Shown here: one piece after another, positions 55,451 through 64,000 of the stretch
Layout: each line of letters starts with the position of its first letter
How positions within the stretch are numbered: the first letter of the stretch is position 1
Source of the DNA: Trypanosoma brucei
Lineage: Eukaryota
Assembly (NCBI GenBank): GCA_000002445.1
Contig: CM000208.1
Location: 2,816,001-2,880,000 of the forward strand
Direction: 5' to 3'
DNA length: 64,000 nucleotides
Made by a program: the position numbers and the translations under genes
The notes under the pieces: generated by a model
The model's input: the letters and a program-made list of their open reading frames with translations, nothing else
Told to the model about the DNA's origin: nothing
The model's database searches: none

Positions 55451-56233
55451 ATGTCTGTTTCCCCCAAGCGGAGCCTGCAGGCGTCACATTCCTCCACTTT
55501 TGTCGGAAAGACGGTGCCGTCATATGTACTTTCACCAGTTATTGAGCAGCACCATCTGCTTTGGCAGTGGCGCACGGTGCTTTGGCGGAAGCGGCTTCAT
55601 GCCGTGCCTTTTCTTCTTCACTGGGCACCGGGCGTCCCTGCAAAACAGCCCTTTCTTCACCACACAACTGCTGAACTTATTCTCACATCAGGTCAAGAGG
55701 TGGCATCGGCACCTGCAGCAGCAAACTACCGGAATTCACCGCACCGTTTCGGCGAGCTTATTGTTCCATCACCCGCTGGAGGTCTTCATGCAACGATTTC
55801 AGGACAAGCGGGAGAAGTACACCCCCTGACACGATGGGTAGACGATTTGTTCGATTTCCCACAGCAGAGTGCGATACCAGGTGAGGCAGTGGTTAATCAT
55901 GAAGAGAGCATAAGCTCTACCGATTCATGGAGACACGTGCCGTCAATTTATCACAATGTTGTTGGATGTGGTTTGGCGGAACTAATCTTGGCCGTTGACC
56001 GGCTTGCAGCATTGCTTGCACGGCGACACATAACATTGGCTAATGCGTGCTGGGCTGTTTTAGCTGACAGCAAGGCGGATCTCAAACCGTTTTTGCGGTA
56101 CAGTGCCTTGGATATTGAGCGAGAAGTACTCGTAATGGCAAAGGCACATGAAATGATAAATGTTTCACTGGGCGATGCCATGAGGCGACCGCTTTTAACA
56201 ATTGAAGATTATCCATCGATGGCCGGATGGTAG
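55451..56233 (+). CDS. hypothetical protein
   Basis: Track start 55412 is TTG; the first ATG is at 55451 (MSVSPKRS...); ~260 aa. Coding-like composition. No family assigned. Confidence 0.4.
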   Translation: MSVSPKRSLQASHSSTFVGKTVPSYVLSPVIEQHHLLWQWRTVLWRKRLHAVPFLLHWAPGVPAKQPFLHHTTAELILTSGQEVASAPAAANYRNSPHRFGELIVPSPAGGLHATISGQAGEVHPLTRWVDDLFDFPQQSAIPGEAVVNHEESISSTDSWRHVPSIYHNVVGCGLAELILAVDRLAALLARRHITLANACWAVLADSKADLKPFLRYSALDIEREVLVMAKAHEMINVSLGDAMRRPLLTIEDYPSMAGW

Positions 56234-57354
56234 TGGCGAGTGTTTACAACAGTGTCGGGGTCGTGTCTGATGATTGTCTCGCTCATATTAACCTCTTGGG
56301 TGCGCTTATTGTTTCCCTCTCTCCATCAACTACTATTTCATATTGTCTTCATTGACTTTTGGTCAAAGTTTGTCAGTTTGTTTTTATTTTGTTTTCCGGA
56401 AAGGAAATATACGAATGCCTGTGGAGGTGTGTGTGTGTATGTGTACGTCCTTTTCTTTCTTAACATCACCATGCTGCAACTCTGGAAAATGAGTATGGTT
56501 GCAAGCGATTACTTTTATTCGTTTCTGTTTTCCGTTTCCTCACGGATGTGTGTCAGCTCAAAACCTCCCCATTTCCTATCGGTTTGAGCGTTGTAAATTC
56601 TTATCGTCCCGTGTGTTCCTTTTTAGTTTGAAGTCACAGCACTCTCCGTGGTCGTTTTGTTCCTTCGCTTCATTAATTTTTTTCATTTTTTTTTTTGGAT
56701 TGTTTGGATCCGCACAAGGCAAGAGGCAAATTGAAAATGCAAACATGGGAGGGTGTGGTACCTTCCACGCAACACGAGACTCTGTAGTTGGTGTTCGAAC
56801 GATTTAGTCAATCTCTATAGTTATTACGTACTTTTTCCCCTTTCCATCCGATGTCTTTTGCTGTCGTTGTTTTCAAAAATACAAAAGGACAGAATTATAG
56901 GTTCAATAACGGAAGGAAAGTTTGTGAATGCAGCAAAGGCAAGATATGTGAACGAGCTTCAACCACAGAGGTGCTATAAATTTAGGAGGCTGCAGGGCGC
57001 AAGCTGGCGCTTTCTCTTTCCTAAGAGGAGAAGGGAGCGCTCCATGTGACGCCAAACAAAAAGTTCATTCACTCCCGTTCGCATCCTGTGTGATTCCCTT
57101 TCTAACAAAACCGTGCACGTGATGAGAGTATGTTCTTTCTATATACTGATTTGTCCATTGAAGTACACAGATACATATTCATAGACTGTCGTTTCCCTGA
57201 CCGCATTTCCACCGGTTTTCCCCCTCTTTGGATGGATTGATTCGATAAATCTTTCTGTTGTGGTCTTTTCCACACCCCTGCGTTACATGTACCATGCAGC
57301 TTGCTGTTGAGCTGCATCGAAGTGGGATGAAACACTTGAGAACTGTTGTGGCTT

Positions 57355-57455
57355 ACGTACCTTTAGCTGCGTACTTCTCGCTTCTCACTACTCATTCCTC
57401 CGTATCTTCTGCTTTACCTCTCGCTCTTTAAAATCCACACTGCCAGAAACAACGA
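57355..57455 (+). promoter_or_regulatory. polypyrimidine tract plus AG upstream of the first RRM gene: candidate trans-splicing signal, duplicated at 58392..58492
   Basis: cgtacctttagctgcgtacttctcgcttctcactactcattcctccgtatcttctgctttacctctcgctctttaaaatccacactgccag. Both copies are identical. Confidence 0.45.
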
Positions 57456-57502
57456 AACCGTTTAAGCGGGACAAACTAATTAATTTTGTGGGAATTGCCA
57501 GT

Positions 57503-57853
57503 ATGCCACCGCGGGCTCGACTTTTTGTTGGGCAGCTAAACTTTGACGCAACCGAAGATGACATATATGCACTTTTTGATTTCTACGGGAAAGCCCTTCA
57601 TGTCAATATACTTCGTGACAAGGAGACACAAAAAAGCAAAGGCAGCGCCTTCGTGGAATATGGAAGTACGGAGGAGGCAGATTGTGCCATTCTCGCGCTT
57701 CACAACCGCTACAATATGGAGCGCGAAAAACCGCTTCAAGTGTCTTATTGTAACAAGTCCGAGTTGATATCCGAGTTTGGCAGGGATCATGCCTCGAAGT
57801 TACACGACGAGAACCCTGCGAACCCCGCCCCACCACAACGTGTTCAACGGTGA
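57503..57853 (+). CDS. RBP7A: small single-RRM RNA-binding protein, copy 1 of a tandem pair
   Basis: Track start 57488 is GTG; the ATG is at 57503 (MPPRARLFVGQLNF...). RNP2 LFVGQL and RNP1 KGSAFVEY present; 116 aa. I did not recognise the symbol from the sequence; it comes from remembered synteny (beta-HBDH-like SDR about 16 genes upstream, MAPK about 5 genes upstream, tandem small RRM pair, as on T. brucei chr10). Treat it as tentative. Confidence 0.7.
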   Translation: MPPRARLFVGQLNFDATEDDIYALFDFYGKALHVNILRDKETQKSKGSAFVEYGSTEEADCAILALHNRYNMEREKPLQVSYCNKSELISEFGRDHASKLHDENPANPAPPQRVQR

Positions 57854-58539
57854 CTAGCTGAGGGAGTAGCTTATATTGTTAATATATGAATAGCAGTTGA
57901 GATATACCGCTAATGACTATGTACTTGGTTCTGGAATTTGACGATATATTTTCCCAATTGTAGCGCTTCTGCTTCTGTGGTTGGATTTCTTATCTTATAT
58001 TTGCGTGATATCACTATCTTAATCGTGAGGAGGGCTAATCTTCCGGCGTTGAGATGGGTACTTGTGTTATCGATGCATGCTGCGGTTACTCCTCACCAGT
58101 TGCTAACAAATAACACCGCGGAACAGAAACAATGATCGACCTTTTTCTTTCCTCCTGTACATGGGAATTAGACTGCATGTAATGGGTTTAATGTTGAATC
58201 TTGTACGTGTCTCTGTGTAGGAGGGCGGTGTTCGAAAGAGATTTGCTCCTCTAACAACACATATATGTGTTTTTCTCGTTCTAAAATCTTTCTGTTGTGG
58301 TCTTTTCCACACCCCTGCGTTACATGTACCATGCAGCTTGCTGTTGAGCTGCATCGAAGTGGGATGAAACACTTGAGAACTGTTGTGGCTTACGTACCTT
58401 TAGCTGCGTACTTCTCGCTTCTCACTACTCATTCCTCCGTATCTTCTGCTTTACCTCTCGCTCTTTAAAATCCACACTGCCAGAAACAACGAAACCGTTT
58501 AAGCGGGACAAACTAATTAATTTTGTGAGAATTGCCAGT

Positions 58540-58890
58540 ATGCCACCGCGGGCTCGACTTTTTGTTGGGCAGCTAAACTTTAACGCAACCGAAGATGACA
58601 TATATGCACTTTTTGATTTCTACGGTGATGTGCTGCACGTTAATATACTTCGTGACAAGGACACACGAAAAAGCAAAGGCAGCGCCTTCGTGGAATATGG
58701 AAGCACGGTGGAAGCGGACTTCGCCATCCTCGGACTTCACAACCGTTGCAACACGGGACACAGAAAACGACTTCAGGTGTCTTATTGTAACAAGTCCGAG
58801 TTAATATCAGATTTTGGAAGGGATCATGCCTCGAAGTTACACGACGAGAATCCTGTGAACCCCGCCCCACCACAACGTGTGCAACGTTGA
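58540..58890 (+). CDS. RBP7B: small single-RRM RNA-binding protein, copy 2 of a tandem pair
   Basis: Track start 58525 is GTG; the ATG is at 58540; 116 aa. About 15 aa differ from copy 1, clustered in the RRM loops (KALH/DVLH, EEADCAILALHNRYNMEREKP / VEADFAILGLHNRCNTGHRKR). The termini are identical. Symbol tentative, on the same basis as RBP7A. Confidence 0.7.
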   Translation: MPPRARLFVGQLNFNATEDDIYALFDFYGDVLHVNILRDKDTRKSKGSAFVEYGSTVEADFAILGLHNRCNTGHRKRLQVSYCNKSELISDFGRDHASKLHDENPVNPAPPQRVQR

Positions 58891-59692
58891 TTAGCTGAGG
58901 GAAGTGCGACTTTTTTCACTTGGTATTGCTCTTTTTTTTTTTGTGGAAGTGAACTTCGTGTGCTAAACGGCTGTTATCACTCGCTTACGGGCGTGGGCGG
59001 AAAATACTGAAGGCAGCCCGCGCCACCAAACTTGGGGGGGAGCAACGCTGCAAACTATCGGGTTGGTTTTATTGGGTGTGTTTACAGTCCATTGCGCACT
59101 AAAAGTTGCTGGTGTGTATGCTTGTGGAGAGTACAGCTCATTATTAAATGATGCCACTGCATTGCTGGTGCTTTTGTATGCACGCGTCTGTATGTGGAAG
59201 TTGTTTTATGTGGATAAAACAAGGGAAGGAATCCCCTATTATGTACAAACGAACCGTGACTTTCTTGGTTGCTGAAATGGTCAACATAAATTGTTGAATT
59301 TTTTTTGTTCCTATTCTCCTAACTAACACACTACTGTGTGAAAGGATGAACTATACTTTAGATGGTTTTTATTACACCCTTGTGGTTGAAGAATGGCTGA
59401 CCTGTGTGGTATGCATGTCACGGGTATCACGGGCTTCAATTGGCACACATAATAGTCATTTTATGCAAGAGTCGAACTTAGTTACTCTTTCCTTATCTCC
59501 ACCCTGTCACCGCGTTTTTCATCATTTGTTTTTTTTTTGGCTGCATCCTGGTCGTTACCGTTGATGCCAAAGGTAAGCACCAAAGAAAATAGGACACAAC
59601 TAACCGCGTGTATTTACCAGCACACATACACTTCGCGCAGAGGGGTCAATTTTCTGGATTTGTACTAGACTCAAAACAGGTAAGTTAGACTC

Positions 59693-60046
59693 ATGTCGCA
59701 ACGGGGTTCCGCTGTCCATCGCACTCGTTCTCCCGATACGACAGATGATCGTGACTGCACTCGCCTTCGAACGGAGGGGTGGTCTGAAGATGTTAGTTTG
59801 TACAAAACACATCCCTTCACTTTAGCCTCGCAGGGAACCACGAATGGGGATGGCCTCACTGAAGGGGAACTCTACATTCAGTTGTGCAAGACTCCAGGCG
59901 GTAGTGAGCGACTTCCACCAGGATGGGAGAAGGTGTTATACGAAGGGGCGGTTGTTTACCTCGATCACATTTCTCGTGAAGCTCATGAAGTGCCGCCGTG
60001 GGAAGTGTGGCGTAAGCGGAGTGGTGCTGCAGCTTCATCTGCTTGA
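59693..60046 (+). CDS. small hypothetical protein with a WW-domain-like segment
   Basis: ATG start, 117 aa. LPPGWEKVLYEGAVVYLDHISREAHEVPPW resembles the WW consensus LPxGWE ... YYxNHxT ... TxWxxP. The tryptophans are 25 residues apart, slightly longer than typical. Weak. Confidence 0.3.
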   Translation: MSQRGSAVHRTRSPDTTDDRDCTRLRTEGWSEDVSLYKTHPFTLASQGTTNGDGLTEGELYIQLCKTPGGSERLPPGWEKVLYEGAVVYLDHISREAHEVPPWEVWRKRSGAAASSA

Positions 60047-61140
60047 TGTTTGATTCCTACCTTACTTCGTGAAGTGCACACAAGTTTCTTGTTTTTTCAC
60101 ATGTATTTCGGGTGGGAATTGCGTGACGTGACGCATATAAACTCCGGCTGAGGCGATTAATGTCGTTTTAGGTAATCGTCATGAAGGTTTCCATAGCATG
60201 GATCCGTGAATTTTCTTTCCGTGAGCCCTCATTTGCAGTGTTTATTAACCATATGTGGCCACCTCATGATGAAGCTGCTTCACCTTCTTCCCTTCAAACA
60301 TGCCGGTCTCCACCTTTTCACCCACTCATTTCCCGTATTGCGGTGGTGTTGTCATCTTTGAGCGACGTGCCGTGGAATGTGTATGTGTGAGGAAGATTAT
60401 ATATATATATATATATATTTCCAGCGGGTTACACATAGATGGGAATGAGAAGAATGAAAATTAAAAGAGAGAGAGAAAGCGATGCTCAGCCACGTAGTTT
60501 GTTGGGTGCAGTCCGACTTGGAGAGAGAGGCATGTAAAGGAGAAGAATCTCATACTTATTTTTTTTTTGCTTGTGCGTGGTCCAAGAGAGCACAGCACAA
60601 CACTTACAACCGGGGGTGCTTCTTTTTTCGTCTTTTTGATTTAGCTTTGCACTGCCCACTTGTTTGAGAGGGGAGCGAAAGAATATATTCGTATATATGC
60701 ATACACGTTGTGGAAGATTGGGAAATCCGATGCGGTGGTAATGTTCTTATTATTATTATTATAAATATTATGGATTTGAGGGACGCACCATCATATTCAA
60801 ATGAGTGAATTTAGAAAAAAAAAAACGCCGATGCGCACCTCTCTAAGCCACTGTTCTCGTGTACGTATTGGGAAACGATCGGTTAGTTCCAATGCGCTGG
60901 TATTCAACGAGTCACACATCATTTTGGTAAGACATGAGGTTGCATCGCCCACTAGTCGTTTCAACACTGTTGTTCCCTTTCTGTTTTTGTTGTGCCCATA
61001 TTTTACTGATTTTGTCACTGCCATCACCACCATCTGATGTATATATATATATATATATATGTTTGCCTGTTTGCCTGTTTGTTTGTTTGTTTGTGCATGC
61101 TGTTATGAATTTTTTCAGTATTACTGTTTAGAGCGCAAGC

Positions 61141-64000
61141 ATGAACTTTAGGAAACTAACAAAATTTTGGAGAAGGCAAACGAGCCAGGTTGATGTTGTC
61201 TCGGGGAGTGAAAAGTGTACAAGCGGTGATTATTGTGATACATTCGTTGGGCTTTTTCGAGGACAGCAGGGGAAAAACTTTGTTTCGTCGCTAGAAAGCG
61301 GACAAGCTGCTCTTGAATATATTAAAAATGTTACGGAGCGAGGGCAGATGACCAGCGGCACCCTCTCATCCTCGACAGACGACGAGCTGAAGCGAGAACG
61401 CGAAGAGACCCTCGTTGCTCTTGAGTTATGTGTGATTACGCATCCACAGTTTGTCAACACAGACGTGAACTCCAGCAACATTGAGAGCGGGGAAAGCGAG
61501 GGAGTTTCTCCTTCAACCACCGAGAAGGTTGCACACGAGGCTGCAACGAACACTACTGGGGAAGAAGTGACCATCACAATTAGTGAAACAAGTAATGGTA
61601 CCGCTGCTGCGAGTGCCAATACACGCAACGGCGAAGCAGCTACCCCAGTCGCACATTATACACAAGAGGAGCGTAGGGCTTTGCTGTACGAATTGGTCAG
61701 CATCATGCTTAGCATTGATCGTTTTCTTTACATAAATAAAATTAGGGAGGAAATACAGCTTCAGCACCCCTCAATGTTGGTGACCCCACCACCCACAACC
61801 ACCATCGGTACGGAATTGCTGGAGACCGCTCCATCGACGAATGCCACAGATGAAAAGAGTGTTGATTTTGAAAGCGATCCGTACGTGGCGCCGCCATCCA
61901 TTTCATCCACTGGAAGGGAGTCGGTACCAGACCTCGCGTCATGCCAATCAAACCCAGGCGACCCTGATGGAGATATTTCAAATCGAAGTTTGAACAGAGC
62001 AGAAGAGGTAGTGGCAAGAATTCAAGCGATCACCACTTGGATTGTCCTGCAGAAGGTACTGCGGAGTCAGTTGGAGTTGCACCGGGAAAGAGCCACCCAG
62101 CCAAATAGTCCCACAATAGAAGCAGGAGCATCGGAAGCAGAGTATGTGTTGCACTTTGAAGAACTGTGGATCGACACGGCTCCTCTACGGTGGGAGCAAG
62201 TGGTGGAAGAACTCAAGGAGGCCCTTGGCATGCGACGGAAGGAAATTGCAGAGGCCATTATATCTAGTTGGATACTGAACAATCATGCAGGTCATGAGCT
62301 CCTACAGTGTGTTATGCTGGAATTTTGTTACGGTGCCAACTTCGAGCACAAGACTGCGGTTGATGTGGATACCACACGACCGGAAATTATTTTCATGCCG
62401 GCAATCGGGAGCAATGACAGTGATGGTCAAAACCAGTCGCTGCAGCAAACTGAGGCGTTGACTGACACGACTCCCGAAGCACATGGCGGAGATGATGTCG
62501 TTCCAGATGACATGGTGGAAAAGGTGAAGAAAACATTCAAACAGTGTATTGTAACGCCATGGGTCTGCTATTTGGAGCAATCGTTGCAAGTATTCCAACT
62601 GGAGGGGGGCAATAGACCTGGTAAAGTGTTGGACACAACAAACGTTTCCCTCTGTTGCATGGTCAGTGCGTATGCGATTTGCTCAAAGCACTGGGAGGAA
62701 GTGAAAAGAAGGGACATCTTTCATTTTTTGGAAAAATTGTGGTGCGAACAACATGTTTCTACGCAGGTGGAGCGGATGAAGTGTGTTAGCACTGGGACAG
62801 AGGAAGATACCAAGCCTGAAAGCGAGGAAGTTGAGTGCGTGGACAGTTGTTCACCGCCTCAGGCATTGGACGGCGACAGCGATGGTACTGTTACGGTTGG
62901 TCACTGCGCTGAGAACGATAAATATGCTTTTTTGTGTGGGGATGAGTTCATATTGCCAGTGATGCTGCACGAGGCGTGGGCGACGGTGTTATGCATTCGT
63001 GCTCATCAGTGCCTTAACGGCGCTGGCCAGCCACTCTCTGAAGCGGTCAGACATGTTCGTCGGGCTTGCAGTTTGCCCATACAAAGATTTCCCTTTTGGT
63101 ATTGCCAAAGGGCTCATGAAGCTATCGTACATGCGTATGTTGCTGCCGGAAACTATGCCGGTGCGATTGAGATTGGACGAGCAAATGTAAACAGAAGCGA
63201 GCGATATTGTGCAACCCATGGCCACTGCCTTGCTAGCCGGGTGAATTACCTGGAGTCGTTGCAACTGCTGGCTGAGATACAGGCTGTGTACCCTGGTAGT
63301 ACTTCATTTACCAGCACTGTGCAAACGGTCCTACAACAGGCGGTACTCTGCGAGCAAGCACTGAAGGACGTTTTGCCTGTCTATATCAACGGGGTGGCCA
63401 GCCGTTATGCCGCTTTGCGGAGGAACATCTATCGAGTGAAGCTCATGGTTCTAAAGTTAAGTTGGCGTGTTCACTATCGTCTCGCTGAGGTCACACGCGC
63501 TAACATGTACTTTCACCAGTACATCCACCTTTTAACGTGTAGAAAAGTACCGGGGCGATTGGAAGAGCAATACAACGCGTGGAAAGAAAGGGGGGAACAA
63601 CTTCTCGGAGTGGAGCACAACTCAGCTGTTTGCTTTTTCGCGCGGGCGGTTGACTGTGCTAAAAAAATTGTCAGCTCCGTTTCACGGACTGCACCAACAG
63701 TGGATTCCACTGCAAATTGTGCATGTTCCCCAGTGACATTACCGTGTTTGGCAGCAGCAGATGCCACAGACACCGTGCATCAGGAGATAGAACTTAATAA
63801 AATGGAGGCGGAAGGCGAACGCAATCTTGCACTTGCCTATATCGAACAGGCGGACCACGAAGTCAACGTGAAGAAGCGGCGGCAACAGCTTAGCAATGCC
63901 GTAAACTGTGCTTACGCAGCGCAAGGTATTTTGCACCGTTGGACATCAAAATTAAAGGCTGTCATCCCCTCTACGCTAATGATTGGTGTCGCCTCTGGCA
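61141..64000 (+). CDS. large hypothetical protein, 3'-partial (runs off the window)
   Basis: ATG at 61141 is preceded by an in-frame TAG 4 codons upstream. Reading codon by codon, I found no stop through to the window end (>950 codons). Only short scattered antisense ORFs appear on the track in this interval, which is consistent. No family recognised. Confidence 0.5.
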   Translation, partial: MNFRKLTKFWRRQTSQVDVVSGSEKCTSGDYCDTFVGLFRGQQGKNFVSSLESGQAALEYIKNVTERGQMTSGTLSSSTDDELKREREETLVALELCVITHPQFVNTDVNSSNIESGESEGVSPSTTEKVAHEAATNTTGEEVTITISETSNGTAAASANTRNGEAATPVAHYTQEERRALLYELVSIMLSIDRFLYINKIREEIQLQHPSMLVTPPPTTTIGTELLETAPSTNATDEKSVDFESDPYVAPPSISSTGRESVPDLASCQSNPGDPDGDISNRSLNRAEEVVARIQAITTWIVLQKVLRSQLELHRERATQPNSPTIEAGASEAEYVLHFEELWIDTAPLRWEQVVEELKEALGMRRKEIAEAIISSWILNNHAGHELLQCVMLEFCYGANFEHKTAVDVDTTRPEIIFMPAIGSNDSDGQNQSLQQTEALTDTTPEAHGGDDVVPDDMVEKVKKTFKQCIVTPWVCYLEQSLQVFQLEGGNRPGKVLDTTNVSLCCMVSAYAICSKHWEEVKRRDIFHFLEKLWCEQHVSTQVERMKCVSTGTEEDTKPESEEVECVDSCSPPQALDGDSDGTVTVGHCAENDKYAFLCGDEFILPVMLHEAWATVLCIRAHQCLNGAGQPLSEAVRHVRRACSLPIQRFPFWYCQRAHEAIVHAYVAAGNYAGAIEIGRANVNRSERYCATHGHCLASRVNYLESLQLLAEIQAVYPGSTSFTSTVQTVLQQAVLCEQALKDVLPVYINGVASRYAALRRNIYRVKLMVLKLSWRVHYRLAEVTRANMYFHQYIHLLTCRKVPGRLEEQYNAWKERGEQLLGVEHNSAVCFFARAVDCAKKIVSSVSRTAPTVDSTANCACSPVTLPCLAAADATDTVHQEIELNKMEAEGERNLALAYIEQADHEVNVKKRRQQLSNAVNCAYAAQGILHRWTSKLKAVIPSTLMIGVASG

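Larger units (their letters stand above)
57248..58920. repeat. direct tandem duplication, unit ~1037 bp, two copies each carrying one small RRM gene plus its 5' flank
   Basis: Sequence from ~57248 (ctttctgttgtggtcttttccacacccctgcgttacatg...) through the CDS is repeated from ~58285. The ~255-nt 5' flank is essentially identical between copies (one g/a difference near gtgggaattgcc / gtgagaattgcc). The coding middle differs at ~10% of nucleotides. Confidence 0.9.

Noticed and set aside
1-64000. Search for a prokaryotic-style defence system, operon or mobile element suggested by the task framing
   Set aside because: Gene content (MAPK, SNARE, NIP7, ADCK, RRM proteins), the uniform-strand polycistronic layout and the pyrimidine-rich intergenic regions identify this as trypanosomatid nuclear DNA. 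I saw no integrases, transposases, restriction-modification, toxin-antitoxin or phage genes. I could not recognise ingi/RIME/SLACS retroelement signatures by eye, but this was not searched computationally.

Overview
This window reads as kinetoplastid (Trypanosoma brucei-like) nuclear DNA, not a prokaryotic locus. Every credible protein-coding gene lies on the + strand, so the window sits inside one directional polycistronic cluster with no strand switch. Genes are separated by T-rich and pyrimidine-rich intergenic regions carrying microsatellites; in trypanosomatids such tracts act as trans-splicing and polyadenylation signals (established knowledge). I found no introns and could not pick out any rRNA, tRNA or snoRNA genes by eye. 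There are no operons, CRISPR arrays or defence islands; the tandem repeats present are in-frame protein repeats. The ORF track accepts GTG/TTG starts, which are invalid here, so I moved those starts to the first in-frame ATG. Products called with some confidence are: a bacterial-type 3-hydroxybutyrate dehydrogenase-like SDR, an ABC1/UbiB (ADCK) kinase, a kynurenine aminotransferase/cysteine-conjugate beta-lyase, a TDY-type MAP kinase, a NIP7 homologue, a LYR-motif protein, a Q-SNARE, a RAD51-paralogue-like ATPase, a thioredoxin-fold protein, an MFS-like transporter, a PPR-like protein, a WD40 protein with a long low-complexity repeat domain, a proline-rich 24-bp-repeat protein whose frame is broken by a 1-nt indel, and a tandemly duplicated pair of small single-RRM proteins. 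The gene order (SDR ... MAPK ... RRM pair about 16 genes downstream) matches what I remember of T. brucei chromosome 10 (beta-HBDH ... RBP7A/RBP7B); that assignment is from memory and is tentative. Coding density is high from 0 to 36 kb and low from 36 to 57 kb, where long AT-rich low-complexity tracts dominate. Nothing here looks like an undescribed biological system. The most interesting local signals are the RRM gene duplication, whose flanks are more similar than its coding sequence; a SNARE ending in a CaaX box instead of a transmembrane anchor; a MAP kinase with a Lys-to-Thr change in the catalytic loop; and two adjacent repeat proteins sharing a C-terminal motif.
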